A stretch of 49,917 nucleotides of DNA from Catajapyx aquilonaris (lineage: Eukaryota), in assembly GCA_000934665.2 (NCBI GenBank), contig KZ538747.1:1-49917 (forward strand), written 5' to 3'. A program made the translations under genes and the position numbers. This document shows positions 36,430 to 47,300 of the stretch, in pieces (within the stretch, counting starts at the first letter, position 1; the number at the start of each line of letters is the position of its first letter). The notes beneath the pieces were generated by a model, which saw only the letters and a program-made list of their open reading frames with translations, searched no databases and was not told the DNA's origin.

Positions 36430-37803
36430 CGAGGTTCATTAGGAAATGATCCGCACTCGATTTTTTTTTGCCACTACATGTACCTGCAGAGGCTGGATCA
36501 CACTTGGGCTGCCTCAATGTATTCTCCACCAAGGTCAATGCACCTCTGCCACCTTCCTGGCAACTTCATGATCGTCTCTCGGAACCAGTCTTTTGGTGCC
36601 CTCACCACCCAGTCATGGACAGCTCCTTGGAGCTCAGCTGCATTGGCAAATCTTCATCCACGGAGGGGTTCCTTCATCACGTCGAAAAGTCCATAGTCAG
36701 AAGGTGCCAGGTCCGGGGAATAGAGTGGGTGTGACAACACAGTGTAACCGAGCTCGAGCAGTAATTGTGTCGTTGAGCGGCTTGTGTGAGGCCGCGCGTT
36801 GTCGTGCAGGAGCAACACCTTTCGTGCCCATTTCCCCTTGCGCCGTTGCTGAATCCTCCGACACAGACGACGCAGCAGGATGCAGTAGGTGGCACTGTTC
36901 ACTGTGGACCCCTGCTCCAGCCAGTCCAGCAGAAGAACTCCCTGTGCATCCCAGAACACTGTTCCCATTCGCTTTCCGGCTGACAGGGCTGCCTTGAACT
37001 TCTTCGGCCTGGGACTCCCAACGTGTTTCCACTGCGTCGACTGGCGGTTTTTCTCCGGCGTGTGGTAGTGGAACCAAGATTCGTCCCCAGTGACGAGTCT
37101 TGCAAAAACCCCTGCGGGATCTGTGTCATAAATTTCCAGTAACTCTCGGCACCTCTGGACTCGCACATCTTTCTGCTGGGGGTGAGATCACACAGAACCC
37201 AATGCGCGCACACTTTTTTTTAAGCAAGATCCTCATGAATGATGACATGCAGGGTGGCCCGACCTAGGCCAGTGTCAAGTTCCAGTTCATCTAATGTGAT
37301 TCGCCGATTTTCCATAATCTAGTCGTTAACCTTCCCCACCATGACAGCTGTCCGAGAAGTCTACGGTCTGCCTGCACTAACCCCTTTTTCCACTGTGGCA
37401 TGGCCTGCCTTGAATGCCTGGATCCAGTCGTAAACTGTTCTGCGGCCTGGAGCCAGCACTTCTCCACACACAGCCACAAGACGGCGGTGAATGTCCGCAG
37501 CTGTTGCACCTTCTTTCCACAAGAACCAGGCTGTCCACCGTTGGCCGTGATAGTCACCTTCCATCTTGTCCACGCCAGTCTACACCCTCCCGCGTTTCAA
37601 GTGGCACTGTCGCTGACATGATGGGTGGAATATGACAAACTTTTTACAGAGTGTAGGGTACTAGTGCCCCCCCCCNATATGACAAACTTTTTACAGAGTG
37701 TAGGGTACTAGTGCCCCCCCCCTGTTGAGGCAAATGCCAACTTCGTGCAGCCATGTATGCCCCGACAATAAATCGTGTGCGGATCTTTTCCGAACGACCC
37801 TCG
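36430..37803 (-). mobile_element. Near full-length DD34D mariner with frameshifted transposase, in a Claspin intron
   Basis: Imperfect ~30-bp TIRs with TA flanks; HTH N-terminus; LVTGDESW, LHDNARPH and YSPDLAPSD with 34-residue D-D spacing. Confidence 0.95.
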
Positions 37804-38081
37804 TATATGCAGGAAGCATGAGTAGTCACATGGAAAGAGTAAAAGAAAAAGGGTACAACTTCAGCACTGGTGGATGAGGCATATCTAAATGCAGGAAAAT
37901 TAATGTAAAAAGGGGGCAACAGAAGGGAGGAAAGGAGAGAGGCAAAGGAGGCGGTGCATGTCAGGCATGTATACAGTACATCCTGTGTAAGTAATGACTG
38001 TGCAGTAATGGTCATAGTGGGTTCCATATTAGCAGATTCAACCAACTGCAGATCATAAATATTCATTCCAAATAACAAAAC

Positions 38082-38437
38082 TGGGGAGGTGTGGTGGCCG
38101 AGATGGTAACGACTCGGCTTGCTGTGTGGAAGGTCCTGGGTTCAATCCCCGCCCGGAAGTTCCCTTCCGTCTGCGTCAGTGGGTCTCTGACCCGTGCCTA
38201 GGAGGCGTCTTGGCAACCTAGCCTCCTGGGGGACTGCACATGACCCCTTTCCAGATATATTGCACTTGCACCTGTGTCCCCTCCCCAGAAATTCCCATCC
38301 TTACCCCATATCCTTTCATCCTTGCACCGGAGTCAGAAGAAAAATTACAGAAAAAAATTGAAGGATGGTGGTATTCCAACCCCCTAAACCCTATGGCCCT
38401 ATCACAGGGTAACGTTATTATTATTATTATTATTATT
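38082..38437 (+). mobile_element. tRNA-derived SINE (family C) with (ATT)n tail
   Basis: GGTGGCCGAGATGG A box, GGTTCAATCCC B box; homologous to the - strand copy at 39855-40186. Confidence 0.85.
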
Positions 38438-38481
38438 TTTAAAAATAACAAAACTTAAATTTTCAGTGTTCCATGCTTTAC

Positions 38482-38673
38482 AATACAGTATAACAAAATA
38501 TTTGCATTGTTTTAGGTATTACAGTTACTCTAGAGATGATTTAAAACATACTGGAGGATGTCAGTGGTTGCACGTGCTAGGCCATTGTATATAAGGGCCT
38601 TGAGCATCTGTGAATTTTGGTATCTGTGGGAAGTCCTGGAACAATACCCCTATGAATACAGAGGACCCATCAT
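38482..38673. mobile_element. Tigger3/MER2-like terminal fragment
   Basis: TCTAGAGATGATTTAAA..ATAC.GGAGGATGT ... TTGAGCATC ... ATTTTGGTATC ... TCCTGGAAC matches my recollection of the MER2/Tigger3 terminus. Confidence 0.65.
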
Positions 38674-38751
38674 AGTAGTTATCTGTGGCAAGAAGAGCCA
38701 GTAATGAAAAATTATGATGGATTGTTGTTGAATGGCTGGTAACAAAGACTA

Positions 38752-39351
38752 ACAACCAAAGTAACTCTTCTTACCCTCCTGAATTTTGAAAATGTTTGGA
38801 TTTTCTAATTCTGCTTGGCCTGTAGTGTTGAGAAAACATCACCTCCGCTGCTAATTTCCACATTAGCAGGGTGAAAATACAGCCAAAAGGCGATGTTCCG
38901 AAGCCACAACACCTGGATCCGGTCGCGAGTCGCCGGTCCTTGCTGCCCTGTCGCGGTTGCCTTTCACCACGTCGGTAGCTCTCTCTCCGGTGCCGTGAAG
39001 AACAAGGATCATCTCGCACGCTTTGAAGTCGAAGGCGATTATAATAATGGAGAGCCTTGGAGTCCTGGCTCTCCATTATTGTAATCGCCTTCGACTTCAA
39101 AGCATGCGAGATGACCCTTGTCCTTCACGGCACCGGAGAGAGAGCTACCGACGTGGTGAAAGGCGACCGCGACTCGCGACCGGACGCAGGTGTTGTGGCT
39201 TCGGAACATCGGCTTTTGGCTGTATTTTCACCATGCTAACGTGGAAATTAGCAACGGAGGTGATGTTTTCTCAACACTACAGGCCAAGCAGAATTAGAAA
39301 ATCCAAAAAAATTTCAAAATTCAGGAGGGTAAGAAAAGTTACTTTGGTTGT
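38752..39351. mobile_element. 600-bp fold-back palindrome with a piggyBac-like right end (AAGG|TTAA)
   Basis: Arms of ~290-305 bp are near-identical inverted copies, with a loop of only a few nt at ~39057-39066. Confidence 0.85.
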
Positions 39352-39382
39352 AAGGTTAACCGTATAAACCTAACGTCTTATA

Positions 39383-39766
39383 AGGGGTATTCACACTGGC
39401 TGTCGACAGTCTTGTCTACGGTCGCGTCGCCACGGGGGACCAATCAGAGCGGGCCTTCGCATTCGAAGTGATTGCTGAAATGGTCTATGGAAAAGTCTGT
39501 TGAATCTGGTTTTGGTTGAAGTAGAGGTTGATTTGATACTGTGACGGCCAATGGGAGGACGCGCTTGGGCAGAGCACGTGCGCAGTGATGCAGCACTCAT
39601 GCAAACCTGCAACTGAGGAACTGAAACGCGTCAACTATCACTTCTGACAAAAGAAGAGCAGCTCTCCGCCGACCAACTAGAGCAGGCCCCAGGGGCCTGC
39701 TGTGATTGATCAGCAGCTGCAATGTGACTGTAGACAAGACCATTGACAGCCAGTGTGAATACCCCT
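39383..39766. mobile_element. Harbinger-type MITE
   Basis: TIR AGGGGTATTCACACTGGCTGTC / GACAGCCAGTGTGAATACCCCT; TWA-like flanks, imperfect. Confidence 0.8.
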
Positions 39767-39854
39767 TTAGAGCGACGGATTAAAGTATTCCTAGCAAATG
39801 TTGACATGTGACATACTTTTATATTTTTTATATTATATATTTTTCACTTCTTTT

Positions 39855-40186
39855 ACCACGTGATAGGGCTCGAAGCCCTTGTAGGGGGGTGGCACACCAC
39901 CATCAGTTTTCTATTGTAAATACTATTTCGTGACTCTCCGGTGCAAGGAATCAAGGACATTGGGTAAGGATAGGGATTTTTGGGGAGGGGATACGGGTGC
40001 AGGTGCAATGTCTCTGGTTTGGGCCATGTGCAGTCCCCTAGGAGGTTAGGTTGCCAGACACCTCCAAGGTGCGGGTCAGAGACCCTCCCGATGCAGGTGA
40101 AAGGGAACTCCCCAGGCGGGGAGCGAACCTGGGACCTTTCACTCAGCAAGCCGAGATGTTACCATCTCGGTCACCACACCTCCCAG
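39855..40186 (-). mobile_element. tRNA-derived SINE (family C)
   Basis: Minus strand GGGAGGTGTGGTGACCGAGATGGTAAC ... GGTTCGCTCCCC; homologous to the copy at 38082. Confidence 0.85.
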
Positions 40187-41162
40187 ACGCATAGTATTAG
40201 CTGCCTTTCTAGATTTGTCACATGCCTCTGACTCTATCCCACATACACTTCTCTTTGTGGTGCTTACTGGCTTTGAAATCAGCCATAATTCCAATGTAAT
40301 TCAGAATGTTTACAATAAATTGCACATTGAAAATGATCCTGTCCAAACCATCACGCTACCTCTGGTTTTCCACAAGGAGAATCACTTAGTCCAATGCTTT
40401 TCAACCATTTTTTCTCAGATATAGATATGTACTTAAAAGTAGAGGGAGGTAGTGGAGTGGATTTTGGTCTCAACAGAAGGAGTAGGGCTTGTAGACAGGC
40501 GTAAGGCGGGAGGGTGAGTGGTGGCAATGGCTGTGTCGCAAACGCAAGGATGCAAGTATTGATTTTTTGGATTTTGTAATGACAGACCGAATGTGGCAGG
40601 GGAAGGGGTATGCTGTACCAACCCAACCCAACCTAACCTTCCTTCGTTGCGGATACAGACTATCTTCAGCGGATACATGCCTATCCTTCAGCCTGCCTGT
40701 TCTGTGTTTGAGACACAACCATTGCCCCCAGCCACCACTCACCCTCCCACCTTCCGCATGTCTAAGAAGCCAACTCTAACTGTCTGAACATATGGATGAC
40801 ATTACACTATTGGCCAACATTCCTTTATATCTCCAACAAAACGTCAACTGCCTAAGAAATTGTTTTGAAAATATAACATTGAATTTATTTCAAGAAAACA
40901 AAAAGAAAAAGGCTGCAGACAATCTAAATCCACTTTTTATTGGGAAGCTATTCCTGCTATACTATCCTAGTGTTCCATTTAAATCTGGCAAATACTCTGG
41001 CTTCTTCACGTTATATGGAAAAATATCCTGCAGAAACAAACATAATGTGGTATACTTTACTAAAATTGAAGCTATGAGACGTACCTGCAGTATTGAAGCT
41101 TTTTGATCTTTAAATTGTACCTATTGTTATATGAAGCACAGTATGGGCTGTAAATCAATTAA

Positions 41163-41605
41163 AGGGACACTCCACTCAAAATACAAGTTGGGTTCTAAAA
41201 ATCGGGCAAAAAATCATGATTCCGAGGGTATAAGCAGTTTTTCTGAGAGACGAACGGTACGGCCAGGGCGAAGGCTGGAAGTGTGTCGTTCGAAAACCGC
41301 GCTCAAACGGGCAAACGCAGGTGGCGACGCCACCAGAGTGGAACCGGGCGGAACTAGATGAGATTCTCAACAAACAACTGCCGCGGGCAGAGCCAGAATC
41401 TCCCCTATTTCCCATTTCTGCCGCCAGGTGGCGAGGGTGTCGTGTACAGTAGCATACGGTTGCAACCGTATCGCCAAAATACGCATAATGATCCGGTTCC
41501 CCTGTGGTCATCGTTCATCGGAAAAAATAATTATTGGTGTCGTTGGAATCGTATTGCTTTGCCCGATTTTTGGGGGCCAACTTGTATTTTGAGTGGAGTG
41601 TCCCT
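41163..41605. mobile_element. Kolobok (T2-type) MITE
   Basis: TTAA TSD and a perfect 29-bp TIR, AGGGACACTCCACTCAAAATACAAGTTGG. Confidence 0.88.
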
Positions 41606-41944
41606 TTAAGAGGTGATAAACCAGGCGTTCTCTTTTTCTTAAGTTTTGCAATCACTCAGAAACATGGCAAATTAGTTTTTACATCTGGAAATCCACCTGC
41701 TTCTGTTATCATTCAAATATTTTTATTCATTTGGGAACTTCACCATCAATTAGGACTTACAGATGACCAATTAATTAATGTTGCCTTTCTCTGATCCTTA
41801 CATGCATCAAATGGGACAAATGTTTTCAATAACTAGATTGTGTGTGTGTGTGTGTTTTTTTTTAAAAATCTATTTACCTCACTGCCTCGTTCCACAGGGA
41901 GGGAACCTTTATTTCATCTGTTGCACATTTTCGTACAAACAGTG

Positions 41945-42205
41945 TATGATGGAACCTTTCGACGTAGCGCCTGGGCCAAAGGGCAGGGTGACTGGGAGGG
42001 GATGTGCAAGGTGCAAGTGCAATTCTCAAATGGTACATTTTGTGAAATCCCCCAGGTGGATTAGTCTGAGGAGATTCCACCCGAGACGAAGCTAGAGATG
42101 ACCCAACTCTGCATGAGATGAAGGGAGAACCCCGGGCTGGGATCGAACCTGGGACCTTAACATCCACGGGCGTATACGTTTCCGCAGCACCACTTCGCCT
42201 CCCCA
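41945..42205 (-). mobile_element. tRNA-derived SINE (family A)
   Basis: B box GGTTCGATCCC on the - strand; body homologous to 195-352. Confidence 0.8.
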
Positions 42206-42608
42206 ATAACTAGATAATCTGATCAAGGGATTTGATTTATTAGCTGACTCCTCTGAATGAGGTAATATTGAATCAGACACTCCCAACATTCTAAATAAAG
42301 GAACGCTGCCAGAATTTACAGTGTACCATGACAATTTCTATTGAAGTTGTGCCTAATTATGTTAGATAAAAAGTGAACCCCAGTCTTTAAATATCTGCTC
42401 TGTGAGTAGTGAAAACCTGGGGTTGAAAGTTGAGAATTTGGAATTTTTTGTATTTGAAATGGCCACAGAAGGTGCAAGGAACCTGCTGGTATAGATTCCA
42501 GATGGAATATTGCAAAACCAAAGTCACTTCCTATTTAAATCACCATGCTGCCTATGAGTGAAAATATGGTTGGTCTAGTCCAAACTGATTACATTGTGGA
42601 ACTTATTA

Positions 42609-42969
42609 CCATATTACCTCACTTACAGTGGCATGCTGGTGTAGTCGAGGTTGACAAGTTTTTAGAAATGCACGATCTGGTGGCTATAACGGCATGCCGG
42701 TCTAAGTGAGGCATGCCAGTATAAGTCGAGGTTTTCTTAAGCACAGCATTATCACAATCTCTGTGAGAATTGTTATTACTCAAATGAATGCATTACACCA
42801 TGATCTACAGTGAGGATACAGCTCAGGACACTTCTATTGCCTGACACATCCCATAAGATTGCTCTTTAAGTTCTTTCACAGCAATTATGAAAATCTACCT
42901 TGGTTATTGGGGCATGCCGACAATCCCCGGGTTATACTGGCAAGTCACTTTAAGTGAGGTAATATACGG
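42609..42969. mobile_element. Tc2/pogo-type MITE (TA|CCGTA ends)
   Basis: TACCATATTACCTCACTTA / TAAGTGAGGTAATATACGGTA, with internal TAAGTCGAGG-like repeats. Confidence 0.7.
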
Positions 42970-43004
42970 TACGTAATAGATTAACAAGCAAGAATCATAT
43001 GCAC

Positions 43005-43388
43005 CTGTCTAGACATCTTTTTAAGGTTTTCCTTTTTCTCTGCTACTCCTGACGGCAATGACTTTTGGCGGAAGGTGTCCACTTCCAGGTAGGGCTCTTC
43101 GGGCTTGCAGTCAGAACTGTTCTCCTCCACATCATCATTATCACTCTCGACCAGCTCTTTCTTGTCTGCCATACTCGGGCCATCACTCTCTTCTTCCCCA
43201 TTGCCTGTCTTGCCCTTGTCATCTCTAAATTCCGGGTCATCATGTAAAAACGTCCTTTCTTGCAAATGGCTGAGATCAGAGACACTCCCTGGTGATGCAT
43301 CAGTGCTATCATCCGAACTGTCTTCCAGGACTCTGTTGACTTTCTTACGTCGGGTGAACACCACAGGTTCTTTAAAAGGACACGCCAT
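43005..43388 (-). CDS. CLSPN: Claspin, first coding exon
   Basis: MACPFKEPVVFTRRKKVNRVLEDSSDD...KKMSRQ, then CAG|GTGCAT donor (phase 0) joining SAQQVME. In-frame stops precede the ATG; the acceptor at 43415-43416 implies an upstream UTR exon. Confidence 0.8.
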
Positions 43389-43539
43389 GAATTATTAAAT
43401 GTCACCAGATGTCACTGAAAATGCTTCAAAACAATAAAATTGTAATAAATCTAGCATGTAAGTATATCTGGGGCAGAGGTTACATTCATGAAATAGGAAA
43501 CCATTACGTTCGCATGTTGAAAAAGGGGTTTTCCTATTA

Positions 43540-43706
43540 CAGTTGAATCAGGATATAACCGACTTCAAGGGACCGCAGAAATCAGTCTTATAACGAAGGT
43601 CTGTTATAGCCGAATACACAAGCCATATGGAAGTTTGCCGGAACCGGCCTTTTGAGTATAACTGAAAGTCTGTTATAGCCGAGGCTGTTATATCCGGATT
43701 CAACTG
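43540..43706 (+). mobile_element. Tigger-like MITE
   Basis: TA|CAGTTGAATCAGGATATAAC ... GTTATATCCGGATTCAACTG|TA. Confidence 0.85.
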
Positions 43707-43708
43707 TA

Positions 43709-44583
43709 CAGGGTGAGCGAAAAGTCCTAGTACACCAGGCTTTTTTGCCTGCAAAACAAATCTGTGCATGGAAAATGTGTCAGGGATACTGGTATGACAT
43801 CTTCTGGACACTGACTGAACCCCCGTGCTGTTTGATGAGGACGATAATTTGGTAAATTAAATTAAAAATTAAATTTTTAAAAATTAAAAATTAAACATTA
43901 AACCAATTAAATTTTTAAAAATTAAACATCAAACAAATTAAATTTTTTAAAATTAAACATCAAACAAATTAAATTGTTAAAAATTAAAAATTAAACAAAC
44001 TTAAAAATTAAAATTGAACAAACTTAAAAATTAAAATTAAACAAATTACATTTAAAAATTTAAATTAAACAATTTAAATTAAACAAAATTTAAAATTAAA
44101 CAAATTTAAATATTTAAATGGTTAAAAATTCATTAATAACAAAGAATAATGAGGACGAGTTAAAGGGTGCTGTTCGCGCCGCCTTCAATGAAGAGACGCC
44201 GGCAATGCTCCGAAAAACCAAGAAGAGAACATGGCGCTGTATTCGTCTCTGCAGAGATCATGGCGGAACTCACACTGACGTCGTAGACTCTTGACAGGTA
44301 CAGTTGCGAGCATAAAGTTGGAAACGGCAGGCCCTCACCTTCGGCAGGCTGCTCTGCCAATCTCAGCGATTACGGTATCAAATATACTGTCATAAATACA
44401 CGAACACACGCCTGAAGCAGCTAACTTGGTCCAAATAGAGTTCATTAATTTGAGTTGGATAAAGAAATGTCAAAGAAGGCCCGCAGGGTTTCCAACTTTA
44501 TCCTCGCGACTGTACATTTCCATTCCTGCATAAAGCGTAACATAACGTAACAGTGGGTGTGCTGGGAATTTTCGCCCACCCTG
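43709..44583 (+). mobile_element. Deleted Tc1/mariner-type element with an internal AT-rich satellite
   Basis: TA|CAGGGTGAGCGAAAAGTCCTAGTACACC / GGTGTGCTGGGAATTTTCGCCCACCCTG|TA. Transposase-like C-terminus DELKGAVRAAF...RTWRCIRLCRDHGGTHTD at ~44150-44294. Confidence 0.8.
43853..44130. repeat. Degenerate AAATT/AAAC low-complexity tandem repeat
   Basis: Direct inspection; nearly G-free on the + strand. Confidence 0.9.
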
Positions 44584-44811
44584 TACATGGGGTAGTCGGT
44601 GCATCGATCCATATCAGTGGAAATGCCATGGCTGTTTGCTTATTTATTAGCCAGTTACTGAAGTGCAAGGTAAGCAGGAAGACCATACTGAAGAGCAAGT
44701 CTAATAAATCAGCCAGTGGCAAACTAGCCTAGTTCATCCTGGACCTAGATTTCTAGTTGATAGCAACCTGTCTGACATTTTCACTGATGTGGATGTGGGA
44801 CGTACGTGATG

Positions 44812-45548
44812 CAGTGGTGTAACAACTAGGGGGGGCAGGGTATACATTGCCCCCTCCTAAAATTACGGAAGGGGCGCCTGATCAGGGCTTGCGCAACATG
44901 CATCCCGGCCTCTTCAGCCTCAGCGGAGCGTAGTTTTTCAATGCTAAAGCGGCTGAAGACCTACCTGCGCTCTACAATGTCGCAGGAGAGACTTAACCAT
45001 TTTGCACTACTCCACACATACCAAGATCGCGTGGATTCCTTGGACATGAAAAACTTGTGTTCGGAGTTGTGACCGGGAGTACATTTAGAGTTTCAGTTTT
45101 TGGAAAGTAACGGTTCATTAACCCTGGAATCGTGACGTGCCTGAAAGTGACGTTAACCGTGATGGTTAACATCACTTTCAGGCACGACACGATTCCACGT
45201 CACTTATTTTTGGACACCATGCCATATTTTAATTTTTATTAATTTTTTATATAATACTTTTCAATGTATTAACTATATGCAATCATTCTTTGAACAATGC
45301 CTAAAATGATCCCTAATTCAAAATAAACATGCACTTCCTGTTATTTTAACTTTATACTTTGTGCTTTGTGCTTTTTATTAAAATTGCAAAAGTTCAGAGC
45401 AATTTTAATTTTAATGCATTTTAATTACTTCGGATTCCTGAAAGACCCCACGTCACGGTTCCAGGGTTAAATAAAGAACCGATGGGGGCGCCAAAATGCT
45501 TGCCCCCCCCCCCNCCCCCCCCAACTGAAATACGTTGTTACGCCGCTG
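44812..45548. mobile_element. hAT MITE containing a nested piggyBac-type MITE
   Basis: TIR CAGTGGTGTAACAAC / GTTGTTACGCCGCTG; perfect 8-bp TSD ACGTGATG. Confidence 0.88.
45122..45466. mobile_element. piggyBac-type MITE
   Basis: TTAA|CCCTGGAATCGTGACGTG ... CACGTCACGGTTCCAGGG|TTAA; internal hairpin at ~45126-45197. Confidence 0.85.
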
Positions 45549-45742
45549 ACGTGATGTATCACAAATTAGATCAATTGTGAATGGAATTAAGCCGGACTGA
45601 AAGGAAGGAGCATAGGTGCTCACTTAAAATAATAATTTAGTAATACTTAAGTGAATAATGCCTATCTCTGCTGTGATGTATTACTGCGGTTAGTCAGTAA
45701 GGTCTGCTAGGTCATTGACCCTGACTTTATATTATAAAAATG

Positions 45743-46011
45743 AGGGCGACACGGTGGCCGAGTGGTTAGCGCCGCAGCCTTCCACCTCTAAGGTCTCGAG
45801 TATTCGATCCCCGGGTCGGACGAAGGATACTTATGTGGATAGAGTTTCGATGGGTTCTCTCCGTGTTCGCGTGGGTTTTCTCGGGGTTCTCCCGTTTCCT
45901 CCCACTATCAAAATCCATCACATTACAGGCAAACGATTAAAGTCGGTTATTCAAAAGATGATCCCCTAAGAGGCCCAAGGGGCCTATCACGGGGTATCCA
46001 TTATTATAATA
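45743..46011 (+). mobile_element. Full-length tRNA-derived SINE (family B)
   Basis: A box TGGCCGAGTGG, B-box-like TTCGATCCCC; TSD ATAAAAATG at 45734-45742 and 46012-46020. Confidence 0.9.
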
Positions 46012-46299
46012 ATAAAAATGTTGTCCTTCTAATTTGTATTCAGTCTACCACAGTTGATCATTCCTCGCTCTATGTATAAAACCTCTGATGCCAGCTCTTA
46101 TCCTACTATAACCTCATCACAACTGCCCGGAATCAACATGGTTGTTGCGCTTCCCACACTCAAGATAGTAACAGGTAGTAATTGAATCTCGGCTCAAATT
46201 CACCACGATCTAGAGAATGTCAACTAAGCCACACCTGTCTCGTCATCCTCATTGTCCATCTCTCCATCTCCTGGGGTGCTGTTATCGTTCAAAACCATG

Positions 46300-47300
46300 T
46301 TGGGCAAGCCGCAGCTTGGAAAGGCTTCTAGAGGCGAACTCCACAAATGGCGACGTCTTCCCGCCTTTTTGGGCCTTTGGGGGGGACAGAGGCTGCAGAA
46401 GGCTGCAGAAAGGCGCGAACAGGCGCGAAGGAAGATAGGCTGCGTCCGAAATACTTACGGACTAGAAAGGCAGGAAGTCTTGAAAACTGTTGTGGTTGTG
46501 GTCATTGTTGTGGAGAAGTTTTGATGCATCAAAAATGACCAATATATTAGCTAATGAAATGTAGGTGACATTTATGACCATATCGAGGCCACATGAGTCG
46601 CGAGAGGTCATCCCAACTTTCTTATTTTGTGGCATGGGGGTAGTGCGGAAATGCTTCAATTCATTGCACCCCATTGCACCCTACCATTTAGATTAAAAAC
46701 AAAACTAATTAAGTTTATACATTTAATTACGTAATATTTAACTGAAAGTCAACCAAAATGCATTGAATTATATCATTACCAAGCCAAAACCTACAACGTA
46801 ATAACAGAGTTGTAAGCCATTTCGACACGAGCTTTTGATATAACATTTTGAGCATTATAAACCAAAAATTACGTTTTTCAATAATAGTATTTTTATGTTA
46901 TCAAACCCGCTATACTTTATAATTCAAACTAATTTAAATACATTGAACGAATAACGGTTATTGCTCAGCGGCGCTTCCCATCTCGTACGGTGAGAAATAC
47001 AACTATGCCAGTTTGGCCGTTGGGGTATTGGGCCGTTGGCGGTTGAAAATACACAGTACACACGCAGTTCTCGCAGCTCTGATCTGGAGTTACGAGACCA
47101 ATACTGGAAATATCGACAACAGGACCAGTTCATTACACCCTTGACTTGGGTCATCTTCCTTTGGACCGGATAAGTAAGTTGGCCTGACAATTGTAGTTGA
47201 AAAAGCTAAGTGAAATCGTGAAGATTGAGGTAACAATGAGAGTGGGTCGGGGGGAGGGTGGGGAGTCAGACCTTGGGGAATGGGGTTATGTTCCCGCGCA
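46300..47300. promoter_or_regulatory. CpG-rich, probably bidirectional promoter: Claspin 5' UTR exon on the - strand and an unknown + strand transcript
   Basis: Minus-strand donor GTAAGT at 46453-46458; + strand donors GTAAGT at ~47174 and AG|GTAACA at ~47230; E2F-like motifs; CpG-poor DNA resumes downstream. Confidence 0.5.

Noticed and set aside
37630..37722. ~47-bp tandem duplication within the mariner
   Set aside because: An N lies exactly at the junction after a poly-C run; probably an assembly artefact.
38771..39367. Mirror-image ORFs on both strands
   Set aside because: Consequence of the DNA palindrome; no protein motifs.
45743..45820. tRNA genes at SINE heads
   Set aside because: A and B boxes run straight into repeat bodies with TSDs; no intact cloverleaf.
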